61,366 nucleotides of DNA from an archaeon (GTDB lineage: Archaea > Micrarchaeota > Micrarchaeia > Norongarragalinales > UBA97). The translations under genes and the position numbers were made by a program. Below, piece by piece: positions 9,219 to 18,777 of this stretch. The notes beneath the pieces are model-generated. The model saw only the letters and a list, made by a program, of their open reading frames with translations, made no database searches and was not told the origin of the DNA. The stretch is from assembly GCA_020057405.1 (NCBI GenBank), contig JAGVFW010000009.1, positions 1 through 61,366 on the forward strand. The letters are read 5' to 3'. Position 1 is the stretch's first letter. Each line of letters begins with the position of its first letter.

Positions 9219-9268
9219 GTCATTAGAGAGCTGCTTTTGGAGCAAAACCTAGTCAGGTCGATTAAATT

Positions 9269-9886
9269 ATGGCGCGCAATGTGATTTTTGATTGGTCGGG
9301 CACTTTGAGTGACGACTTTGGGATGGTACACTCGACTACTTGCGCAATTTTCGCGCGCTTGGGGCTGGGCGCAATCTCGCTAGAGGAGTACAAGCGCGAG
9401 TGCGAAATGCCTTACATGGAATTTTGGAAAAAATACACGCCAATTAGCAAAGAAGAGCTCGACGTGATGTGGCTAGAGGAAGTTTTCAGCGCGCCAAATG
9501 CAGTTTCGTTCCCAGGAATACGCCAGGAGCTGGAAACGCTCTATAAGCAGGGCGTCAGCATGGTCGTTCTAAGCGGCCAGGCGAGCAAAAAACTCAAGGC
9601 CGAAGCCGCGGAATTCGGTTTTAGCGATTTCTTCGACGGCATTTACGGGGGCGCGCACGACAAGAGGCACTCCGTTAGCCAAATCATGGCGGAGCACGGC
9701 TTCGATGCAGGAGAAACCTGCCTAGTAGGCGACATGGAACACGATTTGGACACCGCAAAGCACGCCGGAGTCACACCAGTGGCAGTCACCTGGGGCTACC
9801 ACGCTCGCCAAAGGCTCGAGAAATCAAATCCTAGAGCTATTCTAGACGACGTGAGCGAACTCGCAAGCGCAGTTAGTCTAGTCTAA
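9269..9886 (+). CDS. HAD-superfamily phosphatase
   Basis: FDWSGT motif I (second Asp replaced by Ser), conserved K in HDK, VGDMEHD motif IV. Confidence 0.85.
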   Translation: MARNVIFDWSGTLSDDFGMVHSTTCAIFARLGLGAISLEEYKRECEMPYMEFWKKYTPISKEELDVMWLEEVFSAPNAVSFPGIRQELETLYKQGVSMVVLSGQASKKLKAEAAEFGFSDFFDGIYGGAHDKRHSVSQIMAEHGFDAGETCLVGDMEHDLDTAKHAGVTPVAVTWGYHARQRLEKSNPRAILDDVSELASAVSLV

Positions 9887-9907
9887 ACCGAGTGGCTTGC
9901 TGCAAAA

Positions 9908-11470
9908 TCAGTATTCCGCCTCTATTTTGCGACGCACGCGATTGTATTTGAGAGCGAAACGATGCGCTTCGTCCCTGCAGGCCATGAGCAAGCGCAATCC
10001 TGCGCTCGTTTTGGGGAGCTTAATTGGCGTCATTGAGTCTGGCACGTAGAGCTCTTCCTCGCGTTTGGCGAGCGCGGCTATCGGGAATTCGAGAGACAAG
10101 TCTTGCAGCGCCTGCATTGCGGCGTGAAGCTGCCCAATACCCCCGTCGATGAGCACTAGATCGGGCAGCGGCTCGTTTTTCTCAAGCGCACCACGATAGC
10201 GGCGGTAGACTATTTCCTTCATCGAGGCGAAATCGTCTTGCGTCGGCGTTGACTTGACTTGGAAGCGCCGGTAGAATGACTTTTCGGGAGTGCCGTCGAG
10301 GAATCGCACGCAGCTGCCCACGATTTGCTTGCCTGCGAGGTTGCTTGCGTCAAAGCAGTCTATTCTCGCAGGCGGCTTTGAAAGGCCGAGAGATTTTTGC
10401 ACTGCAAGTGCCGCTTGAGACGAGCCGGCGACGCCGCTAGAGAGCGCCGCGTTCTTTTCAGCGAGGGCTACCAGCTCTAGCTTGTCGCCTTTCTGCGGTA
10501 TTGCAAAAATGCAGCCCCCTGTTGCTAGCAATTGAGCGAGAGCCTGCCCATCTGCAGCATTTTGGAGGGCTGCGAACGCTTTTTCGGGCATGGCGCGGCT
10601 CTCGTAATAACGGAGGATGAATTCCGCCTGCGGCGACTCACCGATTGCGTCTATGGTAAACGATTCTCGCTCGCGAATGACTCCTTCGCGGCTCTTTAGC
10701 ACGCACACGCGCATCTTGGCACCGTCAGTGACAAAGCCGAAGAAGTCCTCGTTGCCGGAATGGTAAGTCTCCATGAGCTGGCGCTGCTTGATGCGGGAAA
10801 TGGCTGCCAAGCGGTTTCTCAACTCTAGGGCGCGCTCAAAATTCTCTTCCCTCGAGGCAACCTTCATTTCCTCGCCAATGCGCTTCTCAACATCCTCGGT
10901 TTTTCCCGAAAGCACGTTAGTCGCCGCTTTCACGTTCTCGCCGTAATCTTTTTCGCGTATTTTTCCTATGCATGGGGCAGTGCAGAAGCCAAGGCGGTAC
11001 TGCAGGCACGCCTGGTGCGGCAGTTCATTGCAGATGCGGATGCCGAATGAGCGCGTTGCCTCGCGCAGCGCAACGAAGCGGCCCTCGCCGCTAGTGAATG
11101 GGCCCAGGAGCTTCTCGCCCCTCTTGGCAGAGCGCTTGCGCGTGACTAGGATGCGCGGGAACTTTTCGTCAGTCACTTTGAGGTACGCGTACTGCTCGCC
11201 GTCCTTTAGTGAAATGTTGTAGTCGGGCTTGTGCTGCTTGATGAGCGTGTTCTCGAGAACAAGTGCCTCCGCCTCGTTGCGGCAAGCAATGAATTCAACT
11301 GAATGCGCCAGGCGCATGAGGACCGCGGTCTTCGCGTCAGTCGGATTTCGGTAGTGGGAAACGCGATTGAAGATATTCTTGGCCTTTCCCACGTACAAAA
11401 TCTGCCCACTTGCAGCCTTGTAGATGTAGACGCCGGGCGCCTTCGGTGCGGAAGAGAAGTCGATTGCCAC
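9908..11470 (-). CDS. uvrC: excinuclease ABC subunit C
   Basis: GIY-YIG (PGVYIY...LYVGKAKN), Cys cluster, UVR domain, RNase H-like DASN/DDF/DGG, RDEAHRFA. Confidence 0.95.
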   Translation of the reverse strand: MAIDFSSAPKAPGVYIYKAASGQILYVGKAKNIFNRVSHYRNPTDAKTAVLMRLAHSVEFIACRNEAEALVLENTLIKQHKPDYNISLKDGEQYAYLKVTDEKFPRILVTRKRSAKRGEKLLGPFTSGEGRFVALREATRSFGIRICNELPHQACLQYRLGFCTAPCIGKIREKDYGENVKAATNVLSGKTEDVEKRIGEEMKVASREENFERALELRNRLAAISRIKQRQLMETYHSGNEDFFGFVTDGAKMRVCVLKSREGVIRERESFTIDAIGESPQAEFILRYYESRAMPEKAFAALQNAADGQALAQLLATGGCIFAIPQKGDKLELVALAEKNAALSSGVAGSSQAALAVQKSLGLSKPPARIDCFDASNLAGKQIVGSCVRFLDGTPEKSFYRRFQVKSTPTQDDFASMKEIVYRRYRGALEKNEPLPDLVLIDGGIGQLHAAMQALQDLSLEFPIAALAKREEELYVPDSMTPIKLPKTSAGLRLLMACRDEAHRFALKYNRVRRKIEAEY

Positions 11471-11489
11471 GATTATTCCTTATGGCGGC

Positions 11490-11879
11490 TCAAAGTATTA
11501 TTGCGTTTGCAAAAGCCTTGAAGTGCGGGTCACCGGTGACGACAATGGCATCGCTTGCTAGGGCGCTTGCGGCAATCACGCAGTCAATGAGGCCAATGTT
11601 TTGCTTGGAATGAAATTTTGCCCAGTACTCGCCGGCCTTGGCGGCGATTGACTCGTCGATTTCCACTTTCGTTGCCCTAGTAGATATTGCGGAGAGCACG
11701 TGATGAACATCGGCAGTCCGCCCTGCAGAAGTTAGTCTTGCAGATACTTCAGCAAGCGAGAGTGATGAAATTAGTATTGTCGCATCCGTCTCCGCTAAGA
11801 TGCGCTTTACAGCTGGCTTTTTCGGGCCGTTTGTAAAAAGCTCTAGCCAACAGAAAGTGTCAAGCAAGTAGCGCTTCAT
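11490..11879 (-). CDS. vapC: PIN-domain toxin
   Basis: YLLDT...LAEV...GLIDCVIAA...VTGDPHF. Confidence 0.9.
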   Translation of the reverse strand: MKRYLLDTFCWLELFTNGPKKPAVKRILAETDATILISSLSLAEVSARLTSAGRTADVHHVLSAISTRATKVEIDESIAAKAGEYWAKFHSKQNIGLIDCVIAASALASDAIVVTGDPHFKAFANAIIL

Positions 11880-12094
11880 CGGTTCTCATCCGCCCACAGC
11901 TCTTTTCTGGAAGGCCCATTCTTCAATTCTGGAAACTTTCCTTCAAGGTCTAGAAGGGAAGGCACGACAATCAGGCGCAAGTCCTTGCCCTCGGGCTCAA
12001 AGACCACCCGCTGGCCCTTCTTTATGCCCATCTTCTTTCTGACTCCTTCCGGAATCACAACCTGAAACTTAGACGAAACTACTGCAGACTCCAT
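11876..12094 (-). CDS. vapB: AbrB/MazE-family antitoxin
   Basis: VVSSKFQVVIPEGVRKKMGIKKGQRV; 4-nt overlap with vapC. Confidence 0.85.
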   Translation of the reverse strand: MESAVVSSKFQVVIPEGVRKKMGIKKGQRVVFEPEGKDLRLIVVPSLLDLEGKFPELKNGPSRKELWADENR

Positions 12095-12216
12095 CGAACC
12101 CTCACCGTAAGACGAATGGCTATCGATGTATTTAAGGGTTACTGGCACCGGAATCACTGAAGAAGTTTGCGCTTTCGAGTAGTTAAACAAAAGGAGAGTG
12201 GCTTGCCGGGCAAAAG

Positions 12217-12945
12217 CACTCCCCCTGCACTTAGACCTGGTCTAGAAGCAGACCTTGTCTCCAACGACTTGTTTTCATATCCAGAGACACAATTCCCGAG
12301 GTTATAACCTCTGCCCCACTTAGGCAATGAACGATAGCACTTTAGGCAATATATAAACAAAAATCAGAATGCTAAAAGAAGTCGAATACGACACAATTTT
12401 GTCTTTTGCGGGGGTTGTAATCCGCAGGACTGCATTTTACTTGTGGAAAGTAGTCTAAAACCGATCATCCTCGTGCGGATGACCAAGTAGCTTAAGTTCT
12501 TCCAGAAGCGCGTGAGCGAACAAGTGGTCTGGGTCGTTCCGAAGGTCGGTAAAGTTCACACTCAGGGTATTATTTTTATCCTTGGGCAGATGCAGCTGAG
12601 GTGTTGAATGTTCTGGAAAAGCAGACTTAAGCAAATCCGTTGCCTTTGCCATTGAGTCCATGGCCCCTTTAACCTTTATGCCCAATGCACTTTTTGGTTC
12701 TATGATGATGGTGTTAGAAACAATCCGGCCTACGCCAGGTGTATTTTTGTACGCTGTTGTTACCATTCGAATTTTCAAACCATTCAAATCGTGCAATTTT
12801 CGTGCAAATTCTTGTGCAGGTCTAATCATAAGATCGCCTCTCAATTTATACTGGATTCGAGCTTATTTAAGCATTGAGACTCAATCGTGTCTCTTCACCT
12901 ACTGCACCTAGACGTAGCCTACGTTCACTCCCCCTGCACTTAGAC
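12217..12945. repeat. exact 20-bp direct repeat cactccccctgcacttagac (12217-12236 and 12926-12945)
   Basis: Read directly from the sequence; a degenerate third copy lies at 12896-12913. Confidence 0.9.
12455..12829 (-). CDS. hypothetical protein (AT-rich)
   Basis: 124-aa ORF between the two direct repeats. Confidence 0.55.
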   Translation of the reverse strand: MIRPAQEFARKLHDLNGLKIRMVTTAYKNTPGVGRIVSNTIIIEPKSALGIKVKGAMDSMAKATDLLKSAFPEHSTPQLHLPKDKNNTLSVNFTDLRNDPDHLFAHALLEELKLLGHPHEDDRF

Positions 12946-12955
12946 TAGTGTTGCG

Positions 12956-15787
12956 CTATTGCCGCAGGTATTCCTTCAAGTACTTGCCCGTCTCGCTGTT
13001 CCTATTTGCTGCGATTTGTTCGGGCGAGCCGCTTGCGATGATGCGGCCGCCTTCGTTGCCCCCGGCCGGGCCCATGTCAACAACCCAGTCGGCGCTTTTT
13101 ATGACGTCGAGGTTGTGCTCGATGACGAGGACAGTATTGCCCTTGTCGACCAAGCGCTGGAGGACGACGAGGAGTTTCTTCACATCGTCGAAGTGAAGGC
13201 CTGTTGTCGGCTCGTCAAGAATGTAAAGCGTCTGTCCCGAATCGCGCTTGGTGAGCTCGGCTGCAAGCTTGATGCGCTGAGCCTCGCCACCCGAGAGCGT
13301 TGTCGAAGGCTGGCCTAGCTTGATGTAACCCAAGCCCACGTCAAAAATCGTCTGGAGTTTTTTGCGCGCTTGCGGAATGTTCTCAAAAAACAAAAGCGCT
13401 TCTTCCACGCTCATGTCGAGAACTTCGGCAATGTTCTTTCCCTTAAAGCGGATTGAGAGAGTAGACGGCTCGTAGCGCTTGCCCTTGCACTGCTCGCACT
13501 GAACATAGACGTCGGGAAGAAAGTGCATCTCAATTTTGATGAGGCCGTCGCCAGCGCAGTTTTCGCACCGCCCGCCGACGACATTGAATGAGAAGCGGCC
13601 GGGACGGTAGCCGCGCGCTCGGGCTTCCGGCGTTTCGGTGAAGATGTCGCGAATGATTGAGAAGACGCCAATGTAGGTTGCTGGGTTGCTGCGGGGAGTG
13701 CGGCCGATTGGAGTCTGGTCGACGGTGACGACGTGCTCGATTTTGTCAACGCCCTCGATTAAGCCGTGCGGCAATGGCGCATCACCGAGGCCGTACTTGA
13801 GGCGGAAGAGAGACTTTTGTAGGGTGTCGACAATTAGTGTGCTCTTGCCCGAGCCGGAAACGCCGGTGACGCAAGTGAAGCTGCGAACCGGGAATCGTGC
13901 GTCAATGTTTTTGAGGTTGTTGCCAGTGCAGTTGCGGACCGTGATGAAGTCAACGGGGTGTCGCCGCTTGGTGGGCAAGTCGATTTTCTTGTCGCCGCGC
14001 AAGTAAGCGGCGGTGATGGAATCCTTGGACTTGAGGAATTCCGTTGGAGAACCACTTGCCACAATGCGTCCGCCGTGCTCGCCTGCACCGGGGCCCAAGT
14101 CAACGAGAAAATCTGCTGCAAGCATGGTGTCCTTGTCATGTTCGACAACAATTAGCGTGTTGCCCAAATCGCGCAGGCGCTTGAGGGTTGCCAGGAGCTT
14201 GTCATTGTCCTTTTGGTGCAAGCCAATTGACGGCTCGTCGAGGACGTAGAGCACGCCAGTGAGGCCCGAGCCGATTTGCGTTGCCAGGCGAATGCGCTGT
14301 GCTTCGCCGCCCGAGAGCGTACCTGCGCTCCGCGAGAGCGTAATGTAGCCAAGACCCACATCGCAGAGGAAAGTCAGGCGCGCTTCGAGCTCGCGCATGA
14401 TGAGCTTGCTGATTTCAAGTTGCGTTGGCGTTTGCTTGAAATTTCGCAACCGCTCCCGGCCGTTTGTCGCGTCAAGTGCAGTGAATTGCGCGATGTTTAG
14501 AGAGTCTAGTTTGACTGCAAGCGCTTCTGCCTTGAGGCGAAGGCCGTGGCAGGCTGGGCACTCGGTGCTAATCATGTACTGCGCAAGGTCCTCACGCCTG
14601 CTCTCGGATTGAGTTTCGGCAAGCATTCGCTTTAGGTTGGGAATGACGCCCTCGAATCCACCAGTGTGCGTGAAGGTCGCGTCACCGTCGCGGCTCACGT
14701 GCTTGTACTTGACTTCCTTTTCATAGCCATAGAGAATTGCGGCAATGTGCTCTTTCTTGAGCTTCTTGATTGGAACATCGACCGAAAAGCCTATTGTCTT
14801 GCCTAGTGCAGCCAGTTGCGATATGCGGTAGCTCTTGAACATTCCGCCCCAAGGTGCAACTGCGCCTTCTGCAATAGTTTTTTCAGTGTTTGGAATTACG
14901 AGGCTTTCGTCAAATTCGCTTTTCACGCCCAAGCCATGGCAGTCTGGGCACGCGCCGAATGGCGAGTTGAATGAGAAGAGGCGGGGTTGCAGTTCCTCAA
15001 ATGAAGTGCCGCAGTTCGAGCAGCTGTTCTTCTGGTTGAAGAGCTCGGATTGCTTGAAGTCGGAGTCGGCAACTATTGCCAGGCCGCCTGCGAGGCTGCA
15101 AGCCGACTCGAGTGCCTCAGTCACGCGGGGTGCGGAATCTTGAGAGCACTCGAACTTGTCGGCTTCCACCCAGATTTCGTGCTTTTCGTAGCGGCCGAGT
15201 TCAGGCACCTTGCCCGAATCGTCGAGCATGACGTCATGGCCATTGACGCGGAAGGAAACAAATCCCTTGGAATAGAGTTCGGAAAAGAGCGCTTCGTAAG
15301 TGCCTTTCTTGCCGCGGACCATGGGTGCAAAGACGCGGATTTTCTTGCCTTCAAATCGGTTGATGACGTGGCTTGCCATCGAGGCAATGCTTGAAGCTGC
15401 GATTGGAGTGTTGCAGTTGGTGCAATGCGGCGTGCCAATGCGGGCGTAGAGGAGGCGGAGGTAGTCGTAAATTTCGGTCACGGTGCCGACTGTCGAGCGC
15501 GGGTTGTGGCTGCCGCTCTTTTGGTCAATTGAAATTGCTGGCGAGAGGCCCTCGATTGAGTCAACGTCGGGCTTGTCCATCACTCCCAGAAACTGGCGGG
15601 CATAAGAGGAGAGACTCTCGACGTAGCGGCGCTGGCCCTCGGCGTAAATCGTGTCGAAAGCAAGGGTACTCTTGCCTGAACCCGAGAGGCCGGTGAAGAC
15701 TGCGAGAGCATTTTTGGGAATGGTGAGGTCAATGCCCTTCAGGTTGTGCTCGCGTGCGCCGCGAATGACGATGTTTTCTAGAGCCAT
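12956..15787 (-). CDS. uvrA: excinuclease ABC subunit A
   Basis: Two ABC modules (GLSGSGKS, GVSGSGKS, LSGGEAQR twice) and zinc fingers. Confidence 0.98.
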   Translation of the reverse strand: MALENIVIRGAREHNLKGIDLTIPKNALAVFTGLSGSGKSTLAFDTIYAEGQRRYVESLSSYARQFLGVMDKPDVDSIEGLSPAISIDQKSGSHNPRSTVGTVTEIYDYLRLLYARIGTPHCTNCNTPIAASSIASMASHVINRFEGKKIRVFAPMVRGKKGTYEALFSELYSKGFVSFRVNGHDVMLDDSGKVPELGRYEKHEIWVEADKFECSQDSAPRVTEALESACSLAGGLAIVADSDFKQSELFNQKNSCSNCGTSFEELQPRLFSFNSPFGACPDCHGLGVKSEFDESLVIPNTEKTIAEGAVAPWGGMFKSYRISQLAALGKTIGFSVDVPIKKLKKEHIAAILYGYEKEVKYKHVSRDGDATFTHTGGFEGVIPNLKRMLAETQSESRREDLAQYMISTECPACHGLRLKAEALAVKLDSLNIAQFTALDATNGRERLRNFKQTPTQLEISKLIMRELEARLTFLCDVGLGYITLSRSAGTLSGGEAQRIRLATQIGSGLTGVLYVLDEPSIGLHQKDNDKLLATLKRLRDLGNTLIVVEHDKDTMLAADFLVDLGPGAGEHGGRIVASGSPTEFLKSKDSITAAYLRGDKKIDLPTKRRHPVDFITVRNCTGNNLKNIDARFPVRSFTCVTGVSGSGKSTLIVDTLQKSLFRLKYGLGDAPLPHGLIEGVDKIEHVVTVDQTPIGRTPRSNPATYIGVFSIIRDIFTETPEARARGYRPGRFSFNVVGGRCENCAGDGLIKIEMHFLPDVYVQCEQCKGKRYEPSTLSIRFKGKNIAEVLDMSVEEALLFFENIPQARKKLQTIFDVGLGYIKLGQPSTTLSGGEAQRIKLAAELTKRDSGQTLYILDEPTTGLHFDDVKKLLVVLQRLVDKGNTVLVIEHNLDVIKSADWVVDMGPAGGNEGGRIIASGSPEQIAANRNSETGKYLKEYLRQ

Positions 15788-15793
15788 TTTACT

Positions 15794-17728
15794 TCATCTC
15801 ACCATTTTCTCCCGCATTTTGCGGATTTGCTCCCTTAGTTCGATTGCGCGCTCGAAGTCAAGCGTCTCTGCAGCGCGCTTCATTTCAGTCTCAATCTCAA
15901 TCATTTGCTTGCGCGACGGGGCGCGGCCGGATTTCGTCGCCTCAGCCAGCTCGCCCTCCAGGGCAGCGACTTTCTTGATGATTGAGGCAGGCGTGATGCC
16001 ATGGCTCTTGTTGTAGTTTAATTGATAGGCGCGGCGACGATTGGTCTCGGAGAGCGCTTTCTTGATTGAAGCGGTTTCGCGCTCGCAATAGAGGATGGCG
16101 CGGCTCTGGGAATTTCTTGCAGCGCGGCCGATTGTCTGGATGATGCTAGTTTCGTTGCGCAGGAAGCCCTCCTTGTCAGCATCGAGGATGGCGACTAAGC
16201 CTACTTCGGGAATGTCGAGTCCTTCCCGCAAGAGATTAATGCCAACGAGGCAATCGAATTCTCCGAGGCGCAGGCGGCGGATGATGTCGGTGCGCTCGAG
16301 AGTCTCGATTTCAGAGTGCAAGTAACGCGCTTTCAGGCCCTTCTTGAGGAGAAATTCGGTTAAGTCCTCGGACTGGCGCTTGGTGAGCGTGGTGATGAGA
16401 GTGCGGAAGCCGGCTTTCGTCGTTGCAACGACTTCATTGCACAAGTCCGCGATGCTGCCCTCGGTGGGCCGGACGATAACTTGCGGGTCGACAATGCCTG
16501 TTGGCCGCACGAGTTGCTCGACGACTTGGCTGCTGACTTTACGCTCGTATTCGCCCGGTGTTGCGGAAACGAAAATCGTGGGGCGCACGAGGGAGATTTT
16601 TTCGAATTCGGCGTACTTTAGCGGCCGGTTATCAAAAGCGCTTGGCAGGCGGAAGCCGTAGTCAACTAGGTTCTTCTTGCGCGAGAAGTCGCCGTTGTAC
16701 ATGCCGTGAAGCTGCGGAATGGTGACGTGGCTCTCGTCGATGACGATGAGCGAGTCGTCGGAAAAGAAGTCCATCAGGCAATACGGCTTTTCCCCGGGCT
16801 TTCGGCCATCGAAAAAGCGCGAGTAGTTTTCGATGCCCTTGCAAAAGCCGGTATTCTCAATCATTTCCGCGTCATAGTTCACGCGCGTTTTCAGACGATG
16901 CACGGCCATCTCGTCTTTCACGTGCGGCAGGCGCTCTTTCAGTTCTGCACGGATTGCGGCGACAACGGGCTTGACTCTTTCCTGCGGCACGACGAAGTGG
17001 CGGGCGGGGAAAATGCGCACAAAAGGCAGTTTTCCTAATGAGGCGGAATTGGTAGTTGAGAATGCAGTGATTGAGGCGATTGCGTCGTTCTCGAGCTGGA
17101 TGCGATAGTAAACGTGCTTGTAGGAAGGGAAGATGTCAACAATATTTCCGCGCGAACGCACATCACCCGAACCTGGAGCAGAGTCATTGCGCTCGTACTG
17201 GATTGCAGAAAGGGCCGCGATTAAGTCCCCGCGGCTCATCGAGTCGCCGGGCTTGAGTTCAACCGCCAGTTCCATATAGTCTTTGGGGCTGCCAAGGCCG
17301 TAGATGCAGGAAACGCTGGCGACAACAATAGTCGGCTCGCCTGAGAGGAGGGAGGCAGTTGCGGAAAAGCGCAACTGCTCGATTTTCTCATTCACCATCG
17401 CAGTCTTCTCGATGTAAGTGTCTGAGGACGGCAGGTAGCTCTCGGGCTGGTAGTAATCGTAGTAGGAAACAAAATACTCGACGTTGTTTTGCGGGAAGAA
17501 CTCCTTGAACTCGGAGTAAAGCTGGCTTGCTAGAGTCTTGTTGTGGCTGATGACAAGCGCGTTTTTGCCCGTTTGCGCGATGACGTTGGCGATTGTGAAA
17601 GTCTTTCCTGAGCCGGTGACGCCGAGGAGAGTCTGACGCTTGCCCTTGAGGACGCCGGACGAAAGCTCCGCTATTGCCTCTGGCTGGTCGCCGGTAGGCG
17701 AGAATCCCGACTGCAGGCGGAAACTCAT
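15794..17728 (-). CDS. uvrB: excinuclease ABC subunit B
   Basis: PTGDQP, GVTGSGKT, YYDYYQPE, DESH, C-terminal UVR domain. Confidence 0.97.
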   Translation of the reverse strand: MSFRLQSGFSPTGDQPEAIAELSSGVLKGKRQTLLGVTGSGKTFTIANVIAQTGKNALVISHNKTLASQLYSEFKEFFPQNNVEYFVSYYDYYQPESYLPSSDTYIEKTAMVNEKIEQLRFSATASLLSGEPTIVVASVSCIYGLGSPKDYMELAVELKPGDSMSRGDLIAALSAIQYERNDSAPGSGDVRSRGNIVDIFPSYKHVYYRIQLENDAIASITAFSTTNSASLGKLPFVRIFPARHFVVPQERVKPVVAAIRAELKERLPHVKDEMAVHRLKTRVNYDAEMIENTGFCKGIENYSRFFDGRKPGEKPYCLMDFFSDDSLIVIDESHVTIPQLHGMYNGDFSRKKNLVDYGFRLPSAFDNRPLKYAEFEKISLVRPTIFVSATPGEYERKVSSQVVEQLVRPTGIVDPQVIVRPTEGSIADLCNEVVATTKAGFRTLITTLTKRQSEDLTEFLLKKGLKARYLHSEIETLERTDIIRRLRLGEFDCLVGINLLREGLDIPEVGLVAILDADKEGFLRNETSIIQTIGRAARNSQSRAILYCERETASIKKALSETNRRRAYQLNYNKSHGITPASIIKKVAALEGELAEATKSGRAPSRKQMIEIETEMKRAAETLDFERAIELREQIRKMREKMVR

Positions 17729-17836
17729 CAGGTAAGACCGCATAGTTTTGGGGGCGCAAAGCATTAGATGCTTTCCTACAGCAGTTTGCCGGCCCAACGT
17801 GGCAGGAAAATCGGCCACTTGCGAACCGGGAGGCAG

Positions 17837-18667
17837 CTATGCTTTTCTTTCAAGCGCTTGCCTGTGACGCAAATACTCGTCGAGGAAGCGCTTTTCATCC
17901 GCTTCAGTCTCGAAAAGGCCGTTGGTGCCGAAATAGTCGTGCTTGCGGCTCAATTCCACAAAGCGCGTCGCCTCTTCAAGGCCGAACCTCTCGCTAGGCC
18001 TTTTGGCAAGCCGCTCGACGTACCCGAAATTCGTCAGGTGCGCGTGGTTCTTGCTGCTGTTGAAGACTATGTGCGCCGGATCGAGATTGAGCCTGAAATA
18101 GCCCGCGTGATGGTAGCTTGCAATCTCCCTGGCAACGGCGGTTATCACCTTATTGCGCAGGTTCCTGGGCTTGTTGGAAAAATCTGCGTACAAGCCGATG
18201 CCTGCAACCAAGCGAGTGTAAAGTGTGGACGAGTCGGACGCCGAGAGGAAGCCCAGGGGTTCCGGAGCTGCAAGCCCTTTTTGCCGCATTTCGAGAAGCA
18301 ACTTCATCATCTCGGGCGCGGGGTACCCTAACGGAATGACCGGCGAACGGCTTAATCCGGATTGCGGCAAAACCGCTTCTGTCAGCTCGGGAAATTCGAT
18401 TTCCAGTTGCTCTAGGGAAGTCGGGAGAAGGACTTCCCTTTTTGGGGCGAGTTTGGCAACAATGCGCAATCGCGCCCTTCCCCGCTTTGGCCTGACCTCG
18501 TAAACGACCGTCCCGCTCTTGAGCACCGACTTTCCCAGCTCCGGGTCGTGGCCATACCGAGCGACAAGCGTGCTCTTCTGCTCGTGCACGCCCGTGGTGA
18601 AAAGGCGTACCAAATCCTTCCTGAAGGTCAGCCTCCCGTTGCGGAAGGGAACCGTGACGAATTTCAT
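17837..18667 (-). CDS. Kdo/WaaP-like kinase-fold protein with degenerate catalytic motifs
   Basis: IVAK, GLAAPEPLG, IASYHHAGYFRLNLDPAHIV, LTNFG. Confidence 0.6.
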   Translation of the reverse strand: MKFVTVPFRNGRLTFRKDLVRLFTTGVHEQKSTLVARYGHDPELGKSVLKSGTVVYEVRPKRGRARLRIVAKLAPKREVLLPTSLEQLEIEFPELTEAVLPQSGLSRSPVIPLGYPAPEMMKLLLEMRQKGLAAPEPLGFLSASDSSTLYTRLVAGIGLYADFSNKPRNLRNKVITAVAREIASYHHAGYFRLNLDPAHIVFNSSKNHAHLTNFGYVERLAKRPSERFGLEEATRFVELSRKHDYFGTNGLFETEADEKRFLDEYLRHRQALERKA

Positions 18668-18777
18668 CAAGGAATTGTTCGAATCAGACTGTTTAAATCT
18701 GTTCTTTGGCCCAAGCATTGCAGAGGCCGCGGGCACATTGTTGCTTGCGGCCAACTCCATGAATGTAGTGCCTAACT

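Larger units (their letters stand above)
8594..9257 (+). repeat. intergenic motif B, TTGGAGC(G)AAAACC(TGCC)TAGT, 3 copies
   Basis: Copies at about 8594-8617, 8951-8975 and 9237-9257; related copies at 31356 and 31510. Confidence 0.7.

Noticed and set aside
8979-9245. Track ORFs 8979-9245 (-) and 8998-9207 (+)
   Set aside because: They have weak starts; the ATG ORF 9051-9218 with an upstream TATA-like box fits better.
12217-12945. IS element with target-site duplication
   Set aside because: No transposase or terminal inverted repeats; 20 bp is long for a target-site duplication, and the motif recurs elsewhere.
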